Assembly: GCF_963921235.1 (NCBI RefSeq)
Contig: NC_086108.1
Coordinates: 7,440,001-7,504,000, forward strand
DNA: 64,000 bases
Direction: 5' to 3'
From: Mobula hypostoma
Lineage: Eukaryota
A program made the translations under genes and the position numbers. The notes beneath the pieces were generated by a model. The model was not told the DNA's origin and did no database searches. It was given only the letters and a program-made list of their open reading frames with translations. Positions 1 through 13,200 of the stretch are shown here, in pieces (within the stretch, counting starts at the first letter, position 1; each line of letters opens with the position of its first letter).

Positions 1-170
1 GAGGGTGGTGAGAGTGCGGAACGAGCTACTGTCAGGTTTGATTTAAGAGAAGTTTGGGTAAGCGCACGGATGGGAGGGGTGTGGAGAGCTATGGTCTGGG
101 TGCGGGTCGATGGGATAGAATAACAGTTCGGCACGGACTAGATGGGCTGAAGGGCTGCAGCATTCTATGA
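1..170 (+). mobile_element. CR1 LINE 3' end fragment
   Basis: RVVRVRNEL-type ORF2 tail followed by the GACTAGATGGGCTGAAGGGC...TTCTATGA 3' UTR seen in other CR1 ends in this window (24300, 57560, 60250). Confidence 0.7.
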
Positions 171-749
171 TAATGAATCTAGTGCCCGGAAGGGGAGGAG
201 AGAGAGAGGGCGATTCATCATACCTGTTTGGTCTGATGACTTATCTCACAGGAGATGAGATGATGTAACCTTCCCTCTGTTGGCCTGCTATTGGTTCCCA
301 GTGATGTAATCTACCTCTAAACTAACACAACAGCAGTGGAAAATCAATACAGTGGAAGAATGTGGCGTGAGAAGCCCCGATTGGTCGGAAGGTGATGATT
401 TAAATATGAATGAGTATTGTCAAAGTGCTGGAGGCTCTAAGTGACCTTAGATCAGGAACTAAGCGTCAGTTGAAAACCTCAGTGCGGTCTCAGGGCAGAG
501 CTCTCTGTTGTCGGGACTTTCAGCAAATATCAATTACCTCATGCTGCAGCAGTGCAGTGTACTTTCCAGATGTTTCTCAGGGCACAGCCAGCTGCTCTTT
601 GAAATGACAGCGTGGGGCTCCGAGTCGCTCTGTACTCAGCCGGTGCCTCGAGAAGGCAGCATCCTCACCTCTCCTCTCGTCAGGGAAGGAGCCCGGGAGG
701 TGGAGGGAGCAGGAAGAAGGGGAAGGGTCAGGAGGCAGGAGCCGGGGAA

Positions 750-905
750 TCAGAGAGTGCTGAAGACACACACTCAGTGCTTTAGAAACAGCTCCCCTCC
801 GCCATGAATGGTCCATGAACCCATGAACAGATTTATAGTCATTTTATGTTTTTGCACGGTACAACAGATTTCAAGTCATTGACAATAGATCTGATACTGA
901 TTCTG
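750..905 (+). mobile_element. Rex/Babar-type LINE 3' fragment
   Basis: LKTHTQCFRNS matches the SLKTHTQRFRNSFFPSA C-terminal motif of the longer copies at 51515-51766 and 33300-33420. Confidence 0.55.
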
Positions 906-936
906 CCATAAGGGGTAAATATAAAGGTATGTCACC

Positions 937-1212
937 TCGGAACAGCGCATTATATTCCCCCGCGGTAGTCTACAAACTCGGTAACATGGAATTCTCCAGT
1001 CTCCGGTGAATGGCTTCCCATGAGTCCCCCTTCTCTCTCCCTCTGCCCTACCCTGTTCCTCTGACACCCAGACCAGTCCCAATCACCCACTCCTCCACAC
1101 CTTCCATCTGCCCGTCACTCACACCCTCCCCCCACGCAGTCTCCTACCCCGCTGTTCCTGTCTGCCCTCCCACCTCCCTACCTCTCCTCCTCCATCACCT
1201 CGATCCCTCCAT
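937..1212 (+). mobile_element. Decayed Penelope-like element: GIY-YIG C-terminus and start of the 3' region (left flank of the satellite)
   Basis: Translates SEQRIIFPRGSLQ.../NMEFSSLR* (TGA 1007-1009), which aligns to EEQHFIFRLGSLQPDGMNIDFSNFH* at the end of the 55445-55894 ORF; followed by pyrimidine-rich sequence. Confidence 0.65.
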
Positions 1213-4200
1213 CACCTCGATGCACCCATCACCTCCCAGCCTCCGTCACTATTCCCACTCTCCCCTCCTCAATCAGCCTATCATCCCTCCTCACCTCGAT
1301 CCGCCCATCACCTCCCAGCCTCCGTCACTATTCACACTCTCCCCTCCTCCATCTGCCTATCATCCCTCCTCACCTCGATCCACCCATCACCACCCGGCCT
1401 CCGTCACTATTCACACTCTCCCCTCCTCCATCTGCTTGTCTCCCTCCTCACCTCGATCCACCCATCACCTCCCAGCCTCCGTCACTATTCACACTCTCCC
1501 CTCCTCCATCTGCTTGTCTCCCTCCTCACCTCGATCCGCCCATCACCTCCCAGCCTCCGTCACTATTCACACTCTCCCCTCCTCCATCTGCCTATCATCC
1601 TCCTCCCCTCGATCCGCCCAACACCTCCCAGCCTCCGTCACTATTCACACTCTCCCCTCCTCCATCTGCCTATCAAACCTCCTCACCTCGATCCGCCCAT
1701 CACCTCCCAGACTCCGTCACTATTCACACTCTCCCCTCCTCCATCTGCCTATCATCCCTCCTCGCCTCGATCCACCCATCACCTCCCAGACTCCGTCACT
1801 ATTCACACTCTCCCCTCCTCCATTGGCCTATCATCCCTCCTCGCCTCGATCCACCCATCAACTCCCAGCCTCTGTCACTATTCACACTCTCCCCTCCTCC
1901 ACCTCCCTATCATCCCTCTTCGCCTCGATCCACCCATCAACTCCCAGCCTCCGTCACTATTCACACTCTCCCCTCCTCCACCTCCCTATCCTCCCTCCTC
2001 ACCTCGATCCACCCATCACCTCCCAGCCTCCGTCACTATTCACACTCTCCCCTCCTCCATCTGCCTATCATCCCTCCTCACCTCGATCCGCCCATCACCT
2101 CCCAGCCTCCGTCACTATTCACACTCTCCCCTCCTCCATCTGCCTATCATCCCTGCTCACCTCGATCCGCCCATCACCTCCCAGCCTCCGTCACTATTCA
2201 CACTCTCCCCTCCTCCATCTGCCTATCATCCCTCCTCGCCTCGATCCGCCCATCACCTCCCAGCCTCCGTCACTATTCACACTCTCCCCTCCTCCATCTG
2301 CCTATCATCCCTCCTCACCTCGATCCGCCCATCACCTCCCAGCCTCCGTCACTATTCCCACTCTCCCCTCCTCCATCTGCCTATCATCCCTCCTCACCTC
2401 GATCCGCCCATCACCTCCCAGCCTCCGTCACTATTCCCACTCTCCCCTCCTCCATCTGCCTATCATCCCTCCTCACCTCGATCCGCCCATCACCTCCCAG
2501 CCTCCGTCACTATTCACACTCTCCCTCTCCCTCCATCTCAGCCTATCATCCCTCCTCACCTCATCCACCCATCACCTCCCAGCCTCCTCACTATTCACAC
2601 TCTCCCCTCCTCCACCTCCCTATCATCCCTCCTCGCCTCGATCCGCCCATCACCTCCCAGCCTCCGTCACTATTCACACTCTCCCCTCTCCATCTGCCTA
2701 TCCCTCCTCACCTCGATCCGCCCATCACCTCCCAGCCTCCGTCACTATTCACACTCTCCCCTCCTCCATCTGCCTATCATCCCTCCTCACCTCGATCCAC
2801 CCATCACCTCCCAGCCTCCGTCACTATTCACACTCTCCCCTCCTCCACCTCCCTATCATCCCTCCTCGCCTCGATCCGCCCATCACCTCCCAGCCTCCGT
2901 CACTATTCACACTCTCCCCTCCTCCATCTGCCTATCATCCCTCCTCACCTCGATCCACCCATCACCTCCCAGCCTCCGTCACTATTCCCACTCTCTCCTC
3001 CTCCATCTGCCTATCATCCGTCCTCCCTCGATCCGCCCATCACCTCCCAGCCTCCGTCACTATTCCACTCTCCCCTCCTCCACTCCCCCTCGATCCGCCC
3101 ATCATCCCTCCGTCACTATTCACACTCCCCTCCTCTTCATCCCTCCTCACCTCGATCCGCCCATCACCTCCCAGCCTCCGTCACTATTCACACTCTCCCC
3201 TCCTCCATCTGCCTATCATCCCTCCTCACCTCGATCCGCCCATCACCTCCCAGCCTCCGTCACTATTCCCACTCTCCCCTCCTCCATCTGCCTATCATCC
3301 CTCCTCACCTCGATCCGCCCATCACCTCCCAGCCTCCGTCACTATTCACACTCTCCCCTCCTCCATCTGCCTATCATCCCTCCTCACCTCGATCCGCCCA
3401 TCACCTCCCAGCCTCCGTCACTATTCACACTCTCCCCTCCTCCATCTGCCTATCATCCCTCCTCGCCTCGATCCGCCCATCACCTCCCAGCCTCCGTCAC
3501 TATTCACACTCTCCCCTCCTCCATCTGCCTATCATCCCTCCTCACCTCGATCCGCCCATCACCTCCCAGCCTCCGTCACTATTCACACTCTCCCCTCCTC
3601 CATCTCCTATCATCCCTCCTCACCTCGATCCGCCCATCACCTCCCAGCCTCCGTCACTATTCCCACTCTCCCCTCCTCCACCTCCCTATCATCCCTCCTC
3701 GCCTCGATCCGCCCATCACCTCCCAGCCTCCGTCACTATTCACACTCTCCCCTCCTCCATCTGCCTATCATCCCTCCTCACCTCGATCCGCCCATCACCT
3801 CCCAGCCTCCGTCACTATTCCCACTCTCCCCTCCTCCATCTGCCTATCATCCCTCCTCACCTCGATCCGCCCATCACCTCCCAGCCTCCGTCACTATTCA
3901 CACTCTCCCCTCCTCCATCTGCCTATCATCCCTCCTCACCTCGATCCACCCATCACCTCCCAGCCTCCGTCACTATTCACACTCTCCCCTCCTCCATCTG
4001 CCTATCATCCCTCCTCACCTCGATCCGCCCATCACCTCCCAGCCTCCGTCACTATTCCCACTCTCCCCTCCTCCATCTGCCTATCATCCCTCCTCGCCTC
4101 GATCCGCCCATCACCTCCCAGCCTCCGTCACTATTCACACTCTCCCCTCCTCCATCTGCCTATCATCCCTCCTCACCTCGATCCGCCCATCACCTCCCAG

Positions 4201-7200
4201 CCTCCGTCACTATTCACACTCTCCCCTCCTCCATCTGCCTATCATCCCTCCTCGCCTCGATCCGCCCATCACCTCCCAGCCTCCGTCACTATTCACACTC
4301 TCCCCTCCTCCACCTCCCTATCATCCCTCCTCGCCTCGATCCGCCCATCACCTCCCAGCCTCCGTCACTATTCACACTCTCCCCTCCTCCACCTCCCTAT
4401 CATCCCTCCTCGCCTCGATCCGCCCATCACCTCCCAGCCTCCGTCACTATTCACACTCTCCCCTCCTCCACCTCCCTATCATCCCTCCTCACCTCGATCC
4501 GCCCATCACCTCCCAGCCTCCGTCACTATTCACACTCTCCCCTCCTCCATCTGCCTATCATCCCTCCTCCCCTCGATCCGCCCATCACCTCCCAGCCTCC
4601 GTCACTATTCACACTCTCCCCTCCTCCACCTCCCTATCATCCCTCCTCACCTCGATCCGCCCATCACCTCCCAGCCTCCGTCACTATTCACACTCTCCCC
4701 TCCTCCATCTGCCTATCATCCCTCCTCACCTCGATCCGCCCATCACCTCCCAGCCTCCGTCACTATTCACACTCTCCCCTCCTCCATCTGCCTATCATCC
4801 CTCCTCGCCTCGATCCGCCCATCACCTCCCAGCCTCCGTCACTATTCACACTCTCCCCTCCTCCATCTGCCTATCATCCCTCCTCACCTCGATCCACCCA
4901 TCACCTCCCAGCCTCCGTCACTATTCCCACTCTCTCCTCCTCCATCTGCCTATCATCCCTCCTCACCTCGATCCGCCCATCACCTCCCAGCCTCCGTCAC
5001 TATTCACACTCTCCCCTCCTCCATCTGCCTATCATCCCTCCTCGCCTCGATCCACCCATCACCTCCCAGCCTCCGTCACTATTCACACTCTCCCCTCCTC
5101 CATCTGCCTATCATCCCTCCTCACCTCGATCCACCCATCACCTCCCAGCCTCCGTCACTATTCACACTCTCCCCTCCTCCATCTGCCTATCATCCCTCCT
5201 CGCCTCGATCCGCCCATCACCTCCCAGCCTCCGTCACTATTCCCACTCTCCCCTCCTCCATCTGCCTATCATCCCTCCTCACCTCGATCCGCCCATCACC
5301 TCCCAGCCTCCGTCACTATTCACACTCTCCCCTCCTCCATCTGCCTATCATCCCTCCTCACCTCGATCCGCCCATCACCTCCCAGCCTCCGTCACTATTC
5401 ACACTCTCCCCTCCTCCATCTGCCTATCATCCCTCCTCGCCTCGATCCGCCCATCACCTCCCAGCCTCCGTCACTATTCCACTCTCCCCTCCTCCATCTG
5501 CCTATCATCCCTCCTCGCCTCGATCCGCCCATCACCTCCCAGCCTCCGTCACTATTCACACTCTCCCCTCCTCCATCTGCCTATCATCCCTCCTCACCTC
5601 GATCCGCCCATCACCTCCCAGCCTCCGTCACTATTCCCACTCTCCCCTCCTCCACCTGCCTATCATCCCTCCTCGCCTCGATCCGCCCATCACCTCCCAG
5701 CCTCCGTCACTATTCACACTCTCCCCTCCTCCATCTGCCTATCATCCCTCCTCACCTCGATCCGCCCATCACCTCCCAGCCTCCGTCACTATTCACACTC
5801 TCCCCTCCTCCACCTCCCTATCATCCCTCCTCGCCTCGATCCGCCCATCACCTCCCAGCCTCCGTCACTATTCACACTCTCCCATCCTCCATCTGCCTAT
5901 CATCCCTCCTCCCCTCGATCCGCCCATCACCTCCCAGCCTCCGTCACTATTCCCACTCTCCCCTCCTCCATCTCCCTATCATCCCTCCTCACCTCGATCC
6001 GCCCATCACCTCCCAGCCTCCGTCACTATTCACACTCTCCCCTCCTCAATCAGCCTATCATCCCTCCTCACCTCGATCCAGCCCAGCACCTCCCAGCCTC
6101 CGTCACTATTCACACTCTCCCCTCCTCCATCTGCCTATCATCCCTCCTCACCTCGATCCGCCCATCACCTCCCAGCCTCCGTCACTATTCACACTCTCCC
6201 CTCCTCCATCTGCCTATCATCCCTCCTCACCTCGATCCGCCCATCACCTCCCAGCCTCCGTCACTATTCACACTCTCCCCTCCTCCACCTCCCTATCATC
6301 CCTCCTCGCCTCGATCCGCCCAGCACCTCCCAGCCTCCGTCACTATTCACACTCTCCCCTCCTCCATCTGCCTATCATCCCTCCTCACCTCGATCCGCCC
6401 ATCACCTCCCAGCCTCCGTCACTATTCCCACTCTCCCCTCCTCCATCTGCCTATCATCCCTCCTCACCTCGATCCACCCATCACCTCCCAGCCTCCGTCA
6501 CTATTCACACTCTCCCCTCCTCCATCTGCCTATCATCCCTCCTCACCTCGATCCACCCATCACCTCCCAGCCTCCGTCACTATTCACACTCTCCCCTCCT
6601 CCATCTGCCTATCATCCCTCCTCACCTCGATCCGCCCATCACCTCCCAGCCTCCGTCACTGTTCCCACTCTCCCCTCCTCCATTTGCCTATCATCCCTCC
6701 TCACCTCGATCCACCCATCACCTCCCAGCCTCCGTCACTATTCCCACTCTCCCCTCCTCCATCTGCCTATCATCCCTCCTCACCTCGATCCGCCCATCAC
6801 CTCCCAGCCTCCGTCACTATTCACACTCTCCCCTCCTCCATCTGCCTATCATCCCTCCTCACCTCGATCCGCCCATCACCTCCCAGCCTCCGTCACTATT
6901 CACACTCTCCCCTCCTCCATCTGCCTATCATCCCTCCTCGCCTCGATCCGCCCATCACCTCCCAGCCTCCGTCACTATTCACACTCTCCCCTCCTCCACC
7001 TCCCTATCATCCCTCCTCGCCTCGATCCGCCCATCACCTCCCAGCCTCCGTCACTATTCACACTCTCCCCTCCTCCATCTCCCTATCATCCCTCCTCACC
7101 TCGATCCGCCCATCACCTCCCAGCCTCCGTCACTATTCCCACTCTCACCTCCTCCAACTCCCTATCATTCCTCCTCGCCTCGATCCGCCCATCACCTCCC

Positions 7201-10200
7201 AGCCTCCGTCACTATTCACACTCTCCCCTCCTCCACCTCCCTATCATCCCTCCTCACCTCGATCCGCCCATCACCTCCCAGCCTCCGTCACTATTCACAC
7301 TCTCCCCTCCTCCACCTCCCTATCATCCCTCCTCACCTCGATCCGCCCATCACCTCCCAGCCTCCGTCACTATTCACACTCTCCCCTCCTCCACCTCCCT
7401 ATCATCCCTCCTCACCTCGATCCACCCATCACCTCCCAGCCTCCGTTACTATTCACACTCTCCCCTCCTCCATCTGCCTATCATCCCTCCTCCCCTCGAT
7501 CCGCCCATCACCTCCCAGCCTCCGTCACTATTCCCACTCTCACCTCCTCCAACTCCCTATCATTCCTCCTCGCCTCGATCCGCCCAGCACATCCCAGCCT
7601 CTGTCACTATTCACACTCTCACCTCCTCCATCTGCCTATCATCCCTCCTCACCTCGATCTGCCCATCACCTCCCAGCCTCCGTCACTATTCACACTCTCC
7701 CCTCCTCCATCTGCCTATCATCCCTCCTCGCCTCGATCCGCCCATCACCTCCCAGCCTCCGTCACTATTCACACTCTCCCCTCCTCCATCTGCCTATCAT
7801 CCCTCCTCACCTCGATCCGCCCATCACCTCCCAGCCTCCGTCACTATTCACACTCTCCCCTCCTCCATCTGCCTATCATCCCTCCTCACCTCGATCCGCC
7901 CATCACCTCCCAGCCTCCGTCACTATTCACACTCTCCCCTCCTCCATCTGCTTGTCTCCCTCCTCACCTCGCCATCACCTCCCATCACCTCCAGCCTCCG
8001 TCACTATTCACACTCTCCCCTCCTCCATCTGCCTATCATCCCTCCTCCCCTCGATCCGCCCATCACCTCCCAGCCTCCGTCACTATTCACACTCTCCCCT
8101 CCTCCATCTGCCTATCATCCCTCCTCCCCTCGATCCGCCCATCACCTCCCAGCCTCCGTTACTATTCACACTCTCCCCTCCTCCATCTGCCTATCATCCC
8201 TCCTCACCTCGATCCGCCCATCACCTCCCAGCCTCCGTCACTATTCACACTCTCCCCTCCTCCATCTGCCTATCATCCCTCCTCGCCTCGATCCACCCAT
8301 CACCTCCCAGCCTCCGTCACTATTCACACTCTCCCCTCCTCCATCTGCCTATCATCCCTCCTCGCCTCGATCCGCCCATCACCTCCCAGCCTCCGTCACT
8401 ATTCACACTCTCCCCTCCTCCACCTCCCTATCATCCCTCCTCGCCTCGATCCGCCCATCACCTCCCAGCCTCCGTCACTATTCACACACTCTCCCCTCCT
8501 CCACCTCCCTATCATCCCTCCTCACCTCGATCCGCCCATCACCTCCCAGCCTCCGTCACTATTCACACTCTCCCCTCCTCCATCTGCCTATCATCCCTCC
8601 TCACCTCGATCCGCCCATCACCTCCCAGCCTCCGTCACTATTCACACTCTCCCCTCCTCCATCTGCCTATCATCCCTCCTCACCTCGATCCGCCCATCAC
8701 CTCCCAGCCTCCGTCACTATTCACACTCTCCCCTCCTCCATCTGCCTATCATCCCTCCTCGCCTCGATCCGCCCATCACCTCCCAGCCTCCGTCACTATT
8801 CACACTCTCCCCTCCTCCATCTGCCTATCATCCCTCCTCACCTCGATCCGCCCATCACCTCCCAGCCTCCGTCACTATTCCCACTCTCCCCTCCTCCATC
8901 TGCCTATCATCCCTCCTCACCTCGATCCGCCCATCACCTCCCAGCCTCCGTCACTATTCCCACTCTCCCCTCCTCCATCTACCTATCATCCCTCCTCACC
9001 TCGATCCGCCCATCACCTCCCAGCCTCTGTCACTATTCACACTCTACCCTCCTCAATCAGCCTATCATCCCTCCTCACCTCAATCCACCCATCACCTCCC
9101 AGCCTCCATCACTATTCACACTCTCCCCTCCTCCACCTCCCTATCATCCCACCTCGCCTCGATCCGCCCATCACCTCCCAGACTCCGTCACTATTCACAC
9201 TCTCCCCTCCTCCATCTGCCTATCCCTCCTCACCTCAATCCACCCAGCACCTCCCAGCCTCCTTCACTATTCACACTCTCCCCTCCTCCATCTGCCTATC
9301 ATCCCTCCTCGCCTCGATCCGCCCATCACCTCCCAGCCTCCGTCACTATTCACACTCTCCCCTCCTCCATCTGCCTATCATCCCTCCTCACCTCGATCCA
9401 CCCATCACCTCCCAGCCTCCGTCACTATTCCCACTCTCCCCTCCTCCATCTGCCTATCATCCCTCCTCACCTCGATCCGCCCATCACCTCCCAGCCTCCG
9501 TCACTATTCACACTCTCCCCTCCTCCATCTGCCTATCATCCCTCCTCACCTCGATCCGCCCATCACCTCCCAGCCTCCGTCACTATTCACACTCTCCCCT
9601 CCTCCATCTGCCTATCATCCCTCCTCACCTCGATCCGCCCATCACCTCCCAGCCTCCGTCACTATTCCCACTCTCCCCTCCTCCATCTGCCTATCATCCC
9701 TCCTCACCTCGATCCGCCCATCACCTCCCAGCCTCCGTCACTATTCACACTCTCCCCTCCTCCATCTGCCTATCATCCCTCCTCACCTCGATCCGCCCAT
9801 CACCTCCCAGCCTCCGTCACTATTCACACTCTCCCCTCCTCCATCTGCCTATCATCCCTCCTCGCCTCGATCCGCCCATCACCTCCCAGCCTCCATCACT
9901 ATTCCCACTCTCCCCATCTCCATCTGCCTATCATCCCTCCTCGCCTCGATCCGCCCATCACCTCCCAGCCTCCGTCACTATTCACACTCTCCCCTCCTCC
10001 ATCTGCCTATCATCCCTCCTCACCTCGATCCGCCCATCACCTCCCAGCCTCCGTCACTATTCCCACTCTCCCCTCCTCCACCTCCCTATCATCCCTCCTC
10101 GCCTCGATCCGCCCATCACCTCCCAGCCTCCGTCACTATTCACACTCTCCCCTCCTCCATCTGCCTATCATCCCTCCTCACCTCGATCCGCCCAGCACCT

Positions 10201-13200
10201 CCCAGCCTCCGTCACTATTCCCACTCTCCCCTCCTCCACCTCCCTATCATCCCTCCTCGCCTCGATCCGCCCATCACCTCCCAGCCTCCGTCACTATTCC
10301 CACTCTCACCTCCTCCAACTCCCTATCATTCCTCCTCGCCTCGATCCGCCCAGCACCTCCCAGCCTCCGTCACTATTCACACTCTCCCCTCCTCCATCTG
10401 CCTATCATCCCTCCTCACCTCGATCCGCCCATCACCTCCCAGCCTCCGTCACTATTCACACTCTCCCCTCCTCCATCTGCCTATCATCCCTCCTCACCTC
10501 GATCCGCCCATCACCTCCCAGCCTCCGTCACTATTCCCACTCTCCCCTCCTCCATCTGCCTATCATCCCTCCTCACCTCGATCCGCCCATCACCTCCCAG
10601 CCTCCGTCACTATTCACACTCTCCCCTCCTCCATCTGCCTATCATCCCTCCTCGCCTCGATCCGCCCATCACCTCCCAGCCTCCGTCACTATTCACACTC
10701 TCCCCTCCTCCATCTGCCTATCATCCCTCCTCCCCTCGATCCACCCATCACCTCCCAGCCTCCGTCACTATTCACACTCTCCCCTCCTCCACCTCCCTAT
10801 CATCCCTCCTCGCCTCGATCCGCCCATCACCTCCCAGCCTCCGTCACTATTCACACTCTCCCCTCCTCCATCTCCCTATCATCCCTCCTCACCTCGATCC
10901 GCCCATCACCTCCCAGCCTCCGTCACTATTCACACTCTCCCCTCCTCCACCTCCCTATCATCCCTCCTCGCCTCGATCCGCCCATCACCTCCCAGCCTCC
11001 GTCACTATTCACACTCTCCCCTCCTCCACCTCCCTATCATCCCTCCTCGCCTCGATCCGCCCATCACCTCCCAGCCTCCGTCACTATTCACACTCTCCCC
11101 TCCTCCATCTGCCTATCATCCCTCCTCACCTCGATCCACCCATCACCTCCCAGCCTCCGTCACTATTCACACTCTCCCCTCCTCCATCTGCCTATCATCC
11201 CTCCTCGCCTCGATCCGCCCATCACCTCCCAGCCTCCGTCACTATTCACACTCTCCCCTCCTCCATCTGCCTATCATCCCTCCTCACCTCGATCCACCCA
11301 TCACCTCCCAGCCTCCGTCACTATTCCCACTCTCCCCTCCTCCATCTGCCTATCATCCCTCCTCACCTCGATCCGCCCATCACCTCCCAACTCCGTCACT
11401 ATTCACACTCTCCCCTCCTCCATCTGCCTATCATCCCTCCTCGCCTCGATCCGCCCATCACCTCCCAGCCTCCGTCACTATTCACACTCTCCCCTCCTCC
11501 ATCTGCCTATCATCCCTCCTCACCTCAATCCACCCATCACCTCCCAGCCTCCATCACTATTCACACTCTCCCCTCCTCCATCTGCCTATCATCCCTCCTC
11601 GCCTCGATCCGCCCATCACCTCCCAGCCTCCGTCACTATTCACACTCTCCCCTCCTCCATCTGCCTATCATCCCTCCTCACCTCGATCCGCCCATCACCT
11701 CCCAGCCTCCGTCACTATTCACACTCTCCCCTCCTCCATCTGCCTATCATCCCTCCTCACCTCGATCCGCCCATCACCTCCCAGCCTCCATCACTATTCA
11801 CACTCTCCCCTCCTCCATCTGCCTATCATCCCTCCTCGCCTCGATCCGCCCATCACCTCCCAGCCTCCGTCACTATTCCCACTCTCCCCTCCTCCATCTG
11901 CCTATCATCCCTCCTCGCCTCGATCCGCCCATCACACCCCAGCCTCCGGCACTATTCACACTCTCCCCTCCTCCATCTACCTATCATCCCTCCTCACCTC
12001 GATCCGCCCAGCACCTCCCAGCCTCCGTCACTATTCCCACTCTCCCCTCCTCCACCTCCCTATCATCCCTCCTCGCCTCGATCCGCCCATCACCTCCCAG
12101 CCTCCGTCACTATTCACACTCTCCCCTCCTCCATCTGCCTATCATCCCTCCTCACCTCGATCCGCCCAGCACCTCCCAGCCTCCGTCACTATTCACACTC
12201 TCCCCTCCTCCATCTCCCTATCATCCCTCCTCACCTCGATCCGCCCATCACCTCCCAGCCTCCGTCACTATTCCCACTCTCCCCTCCTCCATCTGCCTAT
12301 CATCCCTCCTCACCTCGATCCGCCCATCACCTCCCAGCCTCCGTCACTATTCCCACTCTCCCCTCCTCCATCTGCATATCATCCCTCCTCACCTCGATCC
12401 GCCCATCACCTCCCAGCCTCCGTCACTATTCACACTCTCCCCTCCTCAATCAGCCTATCATCCCTCCTCACCTCGATCCAGCCAGCACCTCCCAGCCTCC
12501 GTCACTATTCACACTCTCCCCTCCTCCATCTGCCTATCATCCCTCCTCACCTCGATCCGCCCATCACCTCCCAGCCTCCGTCACTATTCCCACTCTCCCC
12601 TCCTCCATCTGCCTATCATCCCTCCTCGCCTCGATCCACCCATCACCTCCCAGCCTCCGTCACTATTCACACACTCCCCTCCTCCACCTCCCTATCATCC
12701 CTCCTCGCCTCGATCCGCCCAGCACCTCCCAGCCTCCGTCACTATTCACACTCTCCCCTCCTCCATCTGCCTATCATCCCTCCTCACCTCGATCCGCCCA
12801 TCACCTCCCAGCCTCCGTCACTATTCCCACTCTCCCCTCCTCCATCTGCCTATCATCCCTCCTCACCTCGATCCACCCATCACCTCCCAGTCTCCGTCAC
12901 TATTCACACTCTCCCCTCCTCCATCTGCCTGTCATCCCTCCTCGCCTCGATCCACCCATCACCTCCCAGCCTCCGTCACTGTTCCCACTCTCCCCTCCTC
13001 CACCTGCCTATCATCCCTCCTCACCTCGATCCACCCATCACCTCCCAGCCTCCGTCACTGTTCCCACTCTCCCCTCCTCCATCTGCCTATCATCCCTCCT
13101 CACCTCGATCCGCCCATCACCTCCCAGCCTCCGTCACCATTCCCACTCTCCCCTCCTCCATCTGCCAATCATCCCTCCTCCCCTCGATCCGCCCATCACC

